Shown: piece by piece, positions 38,552 through 47,592 of the stretch | Layout of the letters: the number at the start of each line of letters is the position of its first letter | Numbering within the stretch: the stretch's first letter is position 1 | Assembly (NCBI GenBank): GCA_004297205.1 | Contig: SCUL01000002.1 | Span: forward strand, 722,893 to 786,892 | DNA: 64,000 bases | Source: Patescibacteria group bacterium | Lineage (GTDB): Bacteria > Patescibacteriota > Patescibacteriia > 2-12-FULL-57-11 | Direction of reading: 5' to 3' | The notes under the pieces: model-generated | Databases searched by the model: none | Told to the model about the DNA's origin: nothing | The model's input: only the letters and a program-made list of their open reading frames with translations | Program-made: the position numbers and the translations under genes

Positions 38552-40843
38552 ATGCGTGCGATCAGTGTCATTACGTTCTCGTTTGTTGTCGTTGGTTGTG
38601 TCACGGAGGAGGGACGCGGTGGAGCGCTCACCTCGATCACGAGTGACGATGCAGGAGTGTCCGAACACCCGCTGCTCCTCCTGCCGTTCCCGAACCGGAC
38701 CGCGTACCAGTGTGTCCAGGGAGCCGGAGGTTCCTATAGCCACTCTGGTCGGTCGACCCGGTACGATCTCGACTTCGATACTCCCAATGACAGGAACGAG
38801 GTCGTCGTCGCACCGGCAAGCGGGGTTGCCTACATCCACCGTTCCACGGTCGGATTCGGCAATCACGTCAACATCGACATCGGCGGCAACCTGTTCACGG
38901 TCGCGGCCCACCTCCGGAGTTTCCTCGTCGAGGATGGTCAGGAGGTGCTCGTCGGTCAGCCGATCGGGATCGAAGGTACGACCGGCAACTCGATGGGGGA
39001 CCACATCCACTTCGGACTCCACCGCGGTGACCCGAGGGAAGATGCGGCCCTGAGCGATTCGATCCCCGCCGAGAGGATCGTCGCGCGGGATACGTTCGGG
39101 AGCGGCGGGTTCCGCGAATTCCGTTCAGCGGACTTCATCTGTGACCTCGATTGGGGCCACTCGTACGAGTCCAACAACGGAGTGACGCGGCACCCGGTCG
39201 GGACGCTGATCAAGGAGCATGGCCGTCCGGAGATCTATCTCGTCTGCGCGGACGGGGCGATCTGCTGGATCACGAGCGAGGACAACTTCCTCTCGCGGAG
39301 GTTGTACTACTCGCACACCGACCAGTGGGCGCGCGTCGTCGAAGTCAGCCGCGAGGAGATCGACTGCTACGATCGTGGACCGGACTTGGACTACCCTGTG
39401 ACCATGCGGTTCCGGAGGTGCCGGGTTTCCGCATGGTCAAGCGAACGCGCGGTGTACCTCGCCGTCGACGACCGGGGCAACCGCTTCCGCCGGCGCGTTC
39501 CTGTCCCTGAGGGGACCGAGGAGTTCGTTGCCCTCCTTCGATCCTGGGGATTCTCCCCGGTCGAAATCGAAGAGGGGGGAGAGGCCTGCTCCTACGCCGA
39601 GGGAGAGACGCTGTACCTGCGTGACGGGACCGTCGTGCAGGAGGCGTCCGATCCGCGTTTCCGGATCATCTCCAACGACGGTCTGGCATACCGACTCGAT
39701 CCGTTGGATGCCTGGTCGATGCGTTTCCTGCCGCGTCATGTCCTGCAGGCACCGGACGGTGCAACCACTCTGTTGATCCAAGGCGTCGATCCCGACCACC
39801 GCTGGTGGACGAGGGAAGACTCAACGGCATGCCGGACGCCGAGTCCGCCCGGAACCCCGGGCGGCGGCGGAACGGGGGGCGACGGCTCCGATGCCGGCCC
39901 GCTGCCTATGCCCGACGCGGGGGTGCCCTCCGCGCCGGATGCCGGCACCGTCTGCACGCCGCGCGCCGAGACCTGCAACGGCCTCGACGACGACTGCGAC
40001 GGGAGCATCGACGAGGGTGACGCGTGCCGCGTCTGCGTCGCCGGGAGCGAACGCTCCTGCGTGACGTCGTGCGGCTCCGCCAGCGTCCAGGTCTGCTTCT
40101 CGGACGGTTCCGGTTGGAATCCCTGCCGCATCCCGGCGGAGACCTGCGGCAACGGCCGGGATGACAACTGCGACGGATACGTCGACGACGGCTGCTGCAG
40201 GCCCTCCACGGAGACCTGCGACGGCCGCGACAACGACTGCGACGGCGTCATCGACAACGGTGGCGTCTGCGCTCCGCCGCCCGCCTGCGTGGGCGGAAGC
40301 GACCGCGTCTGTACCACGTCCTGCGGATCGACCGGTTCGCAGCGCTGCTACAGCGACGGACACGGCTGGGCGTCGTGCCGGCCGCCGGACGAGATCTGCA
40401 ACGGTCTCGACGACGACTGCGACGGTCTCCGCGACGAAGTCTGCGCTCCGCCGCCGACGCCCGATGCGGGGCCGCCGTCCGTACCGGACGCGGGTCCCGC
40501 CTCGTGCGGACACGCGGTGCGGGTGCGCTTCTCGGCGTACGCCGGATCGTGGAGCTTCGGCTCCGGCTTCGGCACGCCGCACCCCTCCTACGAGGCGGTG
40601 GCGGGTGCCGTCGACCGGCTGTGGAGCTGTGCCGCCCCCGGTTGGCTGCTCCTGAACGGCAGCTTCCCGGGCGGCGCCTGGATGTGCGGCGAGTGGCCGG
40701 CGGGCACCTTCCAGGTGCCGTACGGCCTGCCGGAAGTCACGGTCGACGGGATTCCGGCCACCGTCACGCCCTGGCACAACCCGGAGATCCCGGGCGGGAT
40801 CGGCTGCGACCTGCGCGTCTGCGTGGGCGGCGGCTGCCCCTAG
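38552..40843 (+). CDS. M23 peptidase lipoprotein with MopE-like putative metal-binding repeats
   Basis: VVVGC signal; HSGRSTRYDLD, VVAPASG, GFGNHV, AHL, GTTGNSMGDHIHF; four E(T/I)C.G.D.DCDG-type repeats. Confidence 0.85.
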   Translation: MRAISVITFSFVVVGCVTEEGRGGALTSITSDDAGVSEHPLLLLPFPNRTAYQCVQGAGGSYSHSGRSTRYDLDFDTPNDRNEVVVAPASGVAYIHRSTVGFGNHVNIDIGGNLFTVAAHLRSFLVEDGQEVLVGQPIGIEGTTGNSMGDHIHFGLHRGDPREDAALSDSIPAERIVARDTFGSGGFREFRSADFICDLDWGHSYESNNGVTRHPVGTLIKEHGRPEIYLVCADGAICWITSEDNFLSRRLYYSHTDQWARVVEVSREEIDCYDRGPDLDYPVTMRFRRCRVSAWSSERAVYLAVDDRGNRFRRRVPVPEGTEEFVALLRSWGFSPVEIEEGGEACSYAEGETLYLRDGTVVQEASDPRFRIISNDGLAYRLDPLDAWSMRFLPRHVLQAPDGATTLLIQGVDPDHRWWTREDSTACRTPSPPGTPGGGGTGGDGSDAGPLPMPDAGVPSAPDAGTVCTPRAETCNGLDDDCDGSIDEGDACRVCVAGSERSCVTSCGSASVQVCFSDGSGWNPCRIPAETCGNGRDDNCDGYVDDGCCRPSTETCDGRDNDCDGVIDNGGVCAPPPACVGGSDRVCTTSCGSTGSQRCYSDGHGWASCRPPDEICNGLDDDCDGLRDEVCAPPPTPDAGPPSVPDAGPASCGHAVRVRFSAYAGSWSFGSGFGTPHPSYEAVAGAVDRLWSCAAPGWLLLNGSFPGGAWMCGEWPAGTFQVPYGLPEVTVDGIPATVTPWHNPEIPGGIGCDLRVCVGGGCP

Positions 40844-40847
40844 GCAA

Positions 40848-40896
40848 GGCCCGTATCACCGCGCTCCGCGCGGCTGGTACGGGCCTCTTTTCTTTT
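40848..40896 (+). terminator. Intrinsic terminator
   Basis: AGGCCCGTA...TACGGGCCT + CTTTTCTTTT. Confidence 0.7.
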
Positions 40897-40923
40897 GTAT
40901 ACTGCGAGCGTTGCATAAAGCCC

Positions 40924-43626
40924 ATGCGGAACGCATTTTCCCGTTTCATTGCCGCATTCCCGGGCCGGAGATTGGCGCTGCCAGTCGCGTTGTTGGTATT
41001 CGTCGGCGTGTTCGGACTGGCCGGCCACGTCCATGCGGAAGGGCCGCTCTCCGGGATCGAACTTGCCATCGCCAACATCATCGGCAGCATCGCCGTGTTG
41101 TTCGGCTGGGCGATGACGCAGATCCTCCTGTTCCTGACGGAGTTTTTGGTGGCCGTGGCCGGCTACAACGAGTTCGCCACCGCCGACGCCGTGGACCGCG
41201 GTTGGGTGATCGTGCGCGACCTCACGAACATGTTCTTCATCCTGGTGATGCTGATCATCGCCTTCGGCACGATCCTGGGGGTGGAGGAGTACAGCTACAA
41301 GCGCATGCTGCCCCGGCTCTTGATCATGGCCGTGGTCATCAACTTCTCCAAAGTCATTTGCGGTCTGCTGATCGATTTTTCGCAGGTCGTGATGCTGACC
41401 TTCGTGAACGGATTCTCCGCCATCGCCGGCGGCAACTTCGTCCGGATGTTCCAGGTTTCCGGCGCGTGGAACATGATCAACACGAGCAATGACGCATTGC
41501 TTGCCTCCGAAGCGAGTTTCACATGGGCAACGGTCGGCTCCCTGGTGTTGGGCGGCGTGCTGATGATGGTCGCGGCCGTGGCCGTCTTCATCATGACCCT
41601 GATGCTGGTCGGACGCATCGTCATGTTGTGGCTCCTGATCGTGATGTCGCCGCTGGCATTTTTCCTCTCCGCGTTTCCCAAAGGGAAAGCAGCGGAAATG
41701 TACGGCAAATGGTGGGGGATGTTCGGCAACTACGTGATCATCGGGCCGTTCATCGCCTTCTTTCTGTGGTTATCCCTGGCCGTGGCCGGATCCGGCGAGA
41801 TCGCCAGCTCCATGCAGATCGTCCGCGAAGGCGCGGGTGGCGCGGGGACCTCGTTGTTCGTCTCCGACCTCGGCGGCCAGCAGCAGTTCTACTCTTTCGT
41901 CATTGCTATCGCGCTTTTGATGGGCGGCATGTCCATGTCCGCGCAGTTCGGCGTGATGGGCGGCAGCATGATGTCCGGCGCGGCCAGCTACATCCAGAAC
42001 AAAGGCGTCGGCGCCGTGAAGGGGACGGGACGCCTCATCGGCCGGACGGCGCGGCTCGGTGATTCGTGGGTCGCGACGAAGACCGGAGGCGTCAGCGTCG
42101 CTTCGGTCCTTTCGATTCCGCGCCGTCTTGGTGAAGGCACGGAGGCTCGCATCAAGGACAACTACGAGAAAGGAAAGAAGGAAGCGCTCTTGGGTTTGCG
42201 CGAGGGCGGCATCAAGGGCCGCATCCAGGGCTTCGTAGGCGCCTCCGACGAGGTGGCACGGAAAACGGGCATCATTCAGTTCGCCGGCGGAGCCGTCGCC
42301 GCGACGGCACGCGCCATTCCGCAATGGGTGAAGAGGGAAGGATCGAACCGCAGCACCTATCTTCAAAAAGCGGAGGAGGCGCAAAAAGAGGCAGACACCG
42401 AGAAATCCAACAAGGAGGCGGCGGAGCGGGAGAAGGCGGCTGCGGAGGAAACGCTCAAAACGAAGCGCGCTGAGATGGATCGTCTGGACAGCGTCGATGT
42501 CCGTCCGCGGGATTTTGCCCAGCTTCAGTCGTTGCGTGACAGCGCCGAGAAGGCTGGTATGGCGAACCAAGTCTCGGCGTTGGACACCATCATCAACAAG
42601 GGGCGGACCGGGGCGGCGGTTACAGGTGGAGACATTGAGACCTTGCAGGGGACGGGCGTGGGCGGGCCGCTCATGAACCGTTTGGTCGAACAGGCAGAGA
42701 GCAAGCGTCGCTCGCTCGGCGCCACGTACGACGCAAAACGCGCGGAGATCGCGGCTGCCGCAGGGGCCGTTGCCACTGCGGAAGCGAACTTCAATTCGTC
42801 GTCGAGCGCGGAGGCGGCCGCAAAGGCCCGTGTCGAGAAGTGGACGAAGAGTGCGGACAAGACCGGCGTTTCCGGTTTCGGTCCGGAAGTGCCCAAGCAT
42901 GCCATGGATGCCACGGTCACCTCGGCGATGCTCGACGAGGCGCTCAAGGCCAAGGACTACACCTTGGCGCAGCAGCTCGTGGTTAAACTGGGTGAAGACG
43001 GTGAACTCGCCGAGGCCTTGAAGATGCGCAAGCATGGTGAAGGCCTGGAAGGCGTTAAAGCCTTCGCCAAGGAGCTCCAAGGCAAGGGCATGAGCCACAG
43101 CTCGACTATGACTGCGCTGTCCGAAGTCGACTCCAAGTACAAGGCCAAGGGCAATACGGAATATTCCGGCATGATCAAGGGTGGTCCGGGCGGTCGGCTG
43201 CGCTTCGTCAACAACGACGGCGACAGTCTTGAGTATGGGGCGGGCCGTCTCAAGTCCGGCAGCAAGGGGAGCATGGAAAGCAAGCTCCGGGAGGCCAACA
43301 AAACGTCGTTGTTCCAGGTGTCCGACGCAAAAGGCGGCAAGGTCATCGACGCAGCAGGCGCGGCGCTCATCGCCCAGAGCATCGGTGCCATCGTCAAAAC
43401 GGTGGAGAGCAACCGCATGTCCGGCGACATGATGCGCATGTTCGTCGATAAACAGAAGGAAGTCTTGCAGGCCGTTCAGGATGCCGGCATTGCTGCCAGT
43501 GACAAGCGGTTCGAGCAGCTCAAGGACGCCATCGGCAAGATGACGGAACAGATGAAGAGCGTGCCGCCGGACGTCGGCGACGCCATCCGCAAGGTCTACG
43601 CCGCCAAGAAAGCACGCGGCGCATAA
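40924..43626 (+). CDS. VirB6/TrbL-like polytopic membrane protein with a long variable C-terminus
   Basis: GWVIVRDLTNMFFI, LPRLLIMAVVINFS, RIVMLWLLIVMSPLAF, PFIAFFLWLS; Gly/Ala/Lys-rich tail; start ATG 40924. Confidence 0.78.
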   Translation: MRNAFSRFIAAFPGRRLALPVALLVFVGVFGLAGHVHAEGPLSGIELAIANIIGSIAVLFGWAMTQILLFLTEFLVAVAGYNEFATADAVDRGWVIVRDLTNMFFILVMLIIAFGTILGVEEYSYKRMLPRLLIMAVVINFSKVICGLLIDFSQVVMLTFVNGFSAIAGGNFVRMFQVSGAWNMINTSNDALLASEASFTWATVGSLVLGGVLMMVAAVAVFIMTLMLVGRIVMLWLLIVMSPLAFFLSAFPKGKAAEMYGKWWGMFGNYVIIGPFIAFFLWLSLAVAGSGEIASSMQIVREGAGGAGTSLFVSDLGGQQQFYSFVIAIALLMGGMSMSAQFGVMGGSMMSGAASYIQNKGVGAVKGTGRLIGRTARLGDSWVATKTGGVSVASVLSIPRRLGEGTEARIKDNYEKGKKEALLGLREGGIKGRIQGFVGASDEVARKTGIIQFAGGAVAATARAIPQWVKREGSNRSTYLQKAEEAQKEADTEKSNKEAAEREKAAAEETLKTKRAEMDRLDSVDVRPRDFAQLQSLRDSAEKAGMANQVSALDTIINKGRTGAAVTGGDIETLQGTGVGGPLMNRLVEQAESKRRSLGATYDAKRAEIAAAAGAVATAEANFNSSSSAEAAAKARVEKWTKSADKTGVSGFGPEVPKHAMDATVTSAMLDEALKAKDYTLAQQLVVKLGEDGELAEALKMRKHGEGLEGVKAFAKELQGKGMSHSSTMTALSEVDSKYKAKGNTEYSGMIKGGPGGRLRFVNNDGDSLEYGAGRLKSGSKGSMESKLREANKTSLFQVSDAKGGKVIDAAGAALIAQSIGAIVKTVESNRMSGDMMRMFVDKQKEVLQAVQDAGIAASDKRFEQLKDAIGKMTEQMKSVPPDVGDAIRKVYAAKKARGA

Positions 43627-43632
43627 CGCGAT

Positions 43633-44934
43633 ATGGCTTACACCTTCGACATCGACAACCAGCCGACGCTCAACGAGCTTTCCGCCTCGGTGCGTTATGC
43701 CGTGCAGACCAGGAACCGCAAAGGTGCGGACGAGTTCTGCGCCTTCTACGAGCAGTTCCTGCGCGAGAATCCCAAGTTCCGCACGGAGTCGCCACAATTC
43801 GCCGGTGCCTACGACGTGCTCTACGACCAGGCCCGCTGGGTGGCGCTGCCGCATCTGGCCGAGGAGAACGACGTCGTCCAGCTGTTCGAGCAGAAGGTGA
43901 ATGCGTTGAAATTGCAGCCGGAGGGATACGACCTCAAGGACTTGTTCCGTGAGCGGCTGTTGATCACTCCTCTCGAGCAGCGCAACGCCTTCAAGGCCCG
44001 CATCCGCGACGCCCTGCTGCGCAATAAGGAGCAGCTCACCAAACCGTTCCCGGCCATGGGCAGCACGGTGGAGCGGGCCGGTACGGTGTCGAACTGGGTC
44101 ACGGAGTATCTTTCCGTCGTCCGCGACGCCAAGAACGACGCCTTGCTTCAGGCGCGCTTCTTCAACGAGCATCCCGGTTTCCGCACCCTGCTGCCGGACG
44201 AACAGGCCGTTCTCAAAAACATTTTCGGCGTGTTGGAGATGACGCGGCTCGATTCCACCAAAGTGGAAGGCTTCGAGGGGTCGAAGCTCGTCGAGTTGGA
44301 CGGCAAGCTCATGGAATACGACGGCGGCGGATTCTCCGAAGTCGGGCGCGATCTGATGGAAGAGCTCAACAAGCTGCCCGCCTCCTACCGCCCGCCGACG
44401 CAGAAGGAAAAATTGCGCGACCGTTTCAACGATCCGGAACCCGAGCGCCTCGCGATCGCCGCGTCCATGGAGGCGCTGCGCGCCGAGGCCGGTTCCAATC
44501 CGCAGAAGCTGCGCGAACTGCTGGCGCGGGACCTCACGGTTCGGACGGGACAAGCCAAACCCAACGTGCCGCGCGCCGCCGCGGCGCTCCGGCTCTACGC
44601 CGCCGTCCACGACTTCAAGACGCTGCTCGCCGAACGCGCCCTGAACGACCTAATTCGGGCCTTCCTCGAAAAAGAAAAGCGCACCGTGGACCTCGACAGC
44701 TTCAAGGTGTTTCCGCAGGCGCCGCAGTTCCTGAAACTCTTCCTGCAGGTGGTCTTCGAGGACGCGCTTGGCCTGCCGGAAGCGGAAGCGGCGCGCCAGG
44801 CGCTGCAGGTGGCCAACGTGGCCCGCGAGCGGGGAGACGGCGCGCTCATGGACGTCGCTTTCTACGACGAGGAAGACGATGCCTTCCACTGGACCGTGCC
44901 GCTGCGCAAACCGGCCGCCGTCACTGTCCGATAA
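43633..44934 (+). CDS. Hypothetical protein (T4SS-like locus)
   Basis: Long ORF with host codon use, 6 nt after the VirB6-like gene. Confidence 0.8.
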   Translation: MAYTFDIDNQPTLNELSASVRYAVQTRNRKGADEFCAFYEQFLRENPKFRTESPQFAGAYDVLYDQARWVALPHLAEENDVVQLFEQKVNALKLQPEGYDLKDLFRERLLITPLEQRNAFKARIRDALLRNKEQLTKPFPAMGSTVERAGTVSNWVTEYLSVVRDAKNDALLQARFFNEHPGFRTLLPDEQAVLKNIFGVLEMTRLDSTKVEGFEGSKLVELDGKLMEYDGGGFSEVGRDLMEELNKLPASYRPPTQKEKLRDRFNDPEPERLAIAASMEALRAEAGSNPQKLRELLARDLTVRTGQAKPNVPRAAAALRLYAAVHDFKTLLAERALNDLIRAFLEKEKRTVDLDSFKVFPQAPQFLKLFLQVVFEDALGLPEAEAARQALQVANVARERGDGALMDVAFYDEEDDAFHWTVPLRKPAAVTVR

Positions 44935-44994
44935 AAAAAGAACGCCGGCAGCCGTGGGATGAAACTCCACGACTGCCGGCTCCGGCCCCTTGAG

Positions 44995-45483
44995 CTACCG
45001 CCGCATCTCCCTGATCGTGGCATTCGCGACGAGGAGGAGGATGACGACGAGCGGGATGGGCAGGATGATCGCCCAGCCGATGACGGGGAACCCGTTGTCG
45101 ATGAACCACTGGCCGAGCATCTCCATGAACGGAAACGTCATGAGGATGCCGGACAGCGTGATGAGGCCGAACGCCAGCATCACGCCGACCATGAAGGTCC
45201 AGACGGCTCCGCCGACGATCCACTTGTTGAACCACTTGCCGAATCCGGCGGTGGCGCACGCGGGGCAGGAGCGCCCCTCGTGCCAGCCGTGGCGGCTGCA
45301 CTTGCGGCAGCCGCGGGCGCACTTGCCGTCCTTGCGCCGGGCCTTGCAGCCCGGGCAGTCCGAGAACTGCGCGTTGTAGCCGTACACGCACCAGCGCTGC
45401 GTCGTCCCCGGGGGGACGAACACCGGCACGGTGCCGTGATTTCCGCCGCAGTTGCAGCGGGCATACTCGACGATGTCAGCCAT
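44995..45483 (-). CDS. Hypothetical Cys-rich (zinc-finger-like) protein with C-terminal TM segments
   Basis: CNC, CPGC, CARGCRKC, CPAC; hydrophobic C-terminus; AAGGAG SD; TTGACA-N17-TATGGT promoter. Confidence 0.65.
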   Translation of the reverse strand: MADIVEYARCNCGGNHGTVPVFVPPGTTQRWCVYGYNAQFSDCPGCKARRKDGKCARGCRKCSRHGWHEGRSCPACATAGFGKWFNKWIVGGAVWTFMVGVMLAFGLITLSGILMTFPFMEMLGQWFIDNGFPVIGWAIILPIPLVVILLLVANATIREMRR

Positions 45484-45602
45484 CGAAATGCTCCTTGCCG
45501 CGGTGCGGCGTCCAGACACGCTCCTGGCAGAATGAGGCGAATTCCTCCTTCTTCCAAGAACGCGCTACCATACTATAAATACGGGGTTTTGTCAAGGGGG
45601 AT

Positions 45603-47027
45603 ATGGCAGAAAACGGCCAAAAACAAGCCAAAAACGATGATGTCGTGATTCCGGTCAAATCCGGTGATCACGTCAGCCTGGTTTCCTTGGGAAACAAGGC
45701 TTTGGCGAAGTCCGTGCCGGCTGCAGCAGGGGACGTAGACAAGGCCGTCTCCCTGCTCGTCCATCCGGACTGGGATGAGGAAAAACGCGCCCGGCTGAAA
45801 CAGCTCGCGCTGTCCTTTTTTTCCGACGTCCGTGACCGCCTGGAACTGCGGGAGGACCTGCAATCGGCCTGGGAGCGGGGCGGCTTGGGCGTTGATGCCG
45901 ACGAGGCGGGGTATATGGTCGGCGTGCTTGGTGCGGTGCGCGACGGGGGATCTCTTCCGGTGCGCCCGGCATCGAAGGTTTCCATGATGCAGCAGCCTTC
46001 CGTGACGACGGCACCGGCCGCGCCTGCCATTGGAGTGAATATTGCCCCTTCAGCCCCAGCGCAGAAAGCGCCGGCTCCCGCCGCTCCGGCACAGATGGTG
46101 GTTGCCCGCTCCGAATTCGCTGGCAAGCGACGCGAGGAGATTTTTGCGGTGCTGGCCAAAGAGATCGTCGACGAGGTCAAACCGCAGCTGGCCGATCCGG
46201 CATTGCATTCCCGGCTGGAAGCGCTGATCGCCACGCGGTTCCGCGGCGTCCGGGATGCCAATGAGGTGCGCGCCCACATGAAGCGCGACGCGGCGCAGGG
46301 CGGCCTCAGCATGACGCCGGCAGAGATCGAGCGTGTCATGACCGTGGTCGAGGACCGCTTCGCCAAAATTTCGAAGGAGCTCCACGCCCAGGAGAAGGGA
46401 TTGGTGATGGAGGGGCTCAAACAGGAGTCCTCCGCCGGCCGCGCCCAGAAGCAGGGGGCGAGCAGCGATCTTCGGGAGTACGAATCCAATCAATGGTACG
46501 AGAAGCGTTTCGAGCGCCAGCCGCAGACGCCGCCTCCGCCCGCACCCAAAGCGCCGCCGGTGCAGGCACCCCCTCCCGCTCCCCCTTCTGCAAGCCTGCC
46601 TGCCGGCAGGCAGGGGGGAGGGAAGCCGCCTGCGGAAGTCGCGGTCGCCGCGCCGCCGGTGCAGGCACCCCGGCCGACCATGCAGGACGCCGAATACCGT
46701 CCCCGGCTGCTCGGCCCCGTTGAGGAGCTCCGCAGCATGACGCTCGACGACTTCCGACGCCTGGCGCGCGATCCTAAGGAAGCGGCGCGCCGCATCCAGG
46801 ATAAAATCCGGCTGCTCGAGGAGGAGGACTACACCCAGCGCGCTGCGGCCATCGCCGCCTGGCGGGGGTCCGTGCCGGTCAAAACGTATCTGGCCGTCAC
46901 GCGCACCATGTTCGACCAGGGAATCGGTCCGGAACAGGCCGTTGCGGCGCAAGGTACGGGCCCGGACGCGCTGACGCTCGAGGAATACAATGCTATAATG
47001 GAGTTGCAGAATTCCTTGAGATACTAG
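45603..47027 (+). CDS. Hypothetical protein with Pro-rich linkers (upstream of prgI)
   Basis: Duplicated VRD...R...GGL motif; C-terminal GPVEELRSMTLDDFRRL. Confidence 0.8.
   Translation: MAENGQKQAKNDDVVIPVKSGDHVSLVSLGNKALAKSVPAAAGDVDKAVSLLVHPDWDEEKRARLKQLALSFFSDVRDRLELREDLQSAWERGGLGVDADEAGYMVGVLGAVRDGGSLPVRPASKVSMMQQPSVTTAPAAPAIGVNIAPSAPAQKAPAPAAPAQMVVARSEFAGKRREEIFAVLAKEIVDEVKPQLADPALHSRLEALIATRFRGVRDANEVRAHMKRDAAQGGLSMTPAEIERVMTVVEDRFAKISKELHAQEKGLVMEGLKQESSAGRAQKQGASSDLREYESNQWYEKRFERQPQTPPPPAPKAPPVQAPPPAPPSASLPAGRQGGGKPPAEVAVAAPPVQAPRPTMQDAEYRPRLLGPVEELRSMTLDDFRRLARDPKEAARRIQDKIRLLEEEDYTQRAAAIAAWRGSVPVKTYLAVTRTMFDQGIGPEQAVAAQGTGPDALTLEEYNAIMELQNSLRY
46579..46620. repeat. 20-bp palindrome (copy 2, 46595-46614) nested in a CTCCCCCTT-CTGC-AAGGGGGAG hairpin
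   Basis: Removing 46595-46614 restores a perfect 9-bp stem with a 4-nt loop. Confidence 0.85.
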
Positions 47028-47459
47028 ATGCCAGGACAGTACACGGTGCCGCAATTCATCGACGTCGAGGACAAGATTCTGGGTCCGCTGACGACCCGGC
47101 AGTTCGTGATCATCCTCGGCACCTTCGGCGTCGATTTCCTCCTGTACCGGCTGCTGCAATTCGGTTTCTTCCTGCTGATCGGCCTGCCGGTCTTCCTGGC
47201 GGGGATCACGCTGGCCTTTGCGCGCGTCAACGGGCAGCCGTTCCACTTTTTCCTGCTGAATCTGATTCAGACCTACCGCCGTCCGGACGTCCGCGTTTGG
47301 AACAAAGAGCTCTCCGAGGCGGAATTGCGGATGCTCATCAGCCGCCCGCCGCCGCCCGCGCCGCCCGTCAAAGTCCGCAAAGAAGCCCTTACCACCTCGA
47401 AGCTTTCCGAGCTCTCGCTCGTCGTGAACACGGGCGGCGTCTACCGCCCGGAAGACTAG
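47028..47459 (+). CDS. PrgI family protein
   Basis: QYTVPQFIDVEDKILGPLTTRQF, two TMs, NGQPF. Confidence 0.9.
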   Translation: MPGQYTVPQFIDVEDKILGPLTTRQFVIILGTFGVDFLLYRLLQFGFFLLIGLPVFLAGITLAFARVNGQPFHFFLLNLIQTYRRPDVRVWNKELSEAELRMLISRPPPPAPPVKVRKEALTTSKLSELSLVVNTGGVYRPED

Positions 47460-47581
47460 AACGTCCGCGTATGGCGCATTTCATCGTTAGCAGCTGCGGT
47501 GCTCCCTCAACGTACGCTTTGGTACGTTTCGGTTCGCTCCTCGCTGCTGCCTCGAACTGCGCGCATACCCGGCCGTTCTAG
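47456..47581. mobile_element. 126-bp MITE/REP-like hairpin element
   Basis: Imperfect terminal IR CTAGAACGTCCGCGTATGGCGCA / TGCGCGCATACCCGGCCGTTCTAG; central AACGTAC...GTACGTT. Confidence 0.65.
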
Positions 47582-47592
47582 AATCGACTGAT

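Noticed and set aside
39960-40445. Nucleotide repeats (GAGACCTGC...GACGACTGCGACGG) as a CRISPR array
   Set aside because: In-frame protein repeats with irregular spacing; no cas genes and no CRISPR array anywhere in the window
40375-40923. N-terminal extension of the VirB6-like ORF
   Set aside because: It overlaps the M23 gene and its terminator; a signal-like start exists at 40924
23721-44610. Antisense ORFs of 450-950 aa (23721-26531, 28071-30599, 34995-36791, 41770-44610)
   Set aside because: Mirror frames of real genes on the other strand
37610-47554. Shared 13-mer CGCTGCTGCCTCG in the ncRNA candidate and the MITE-like element
   Set aside because: A GC-rich 13-mer match is plausible by chance in 64 kb of high-GC DNA and does not extend
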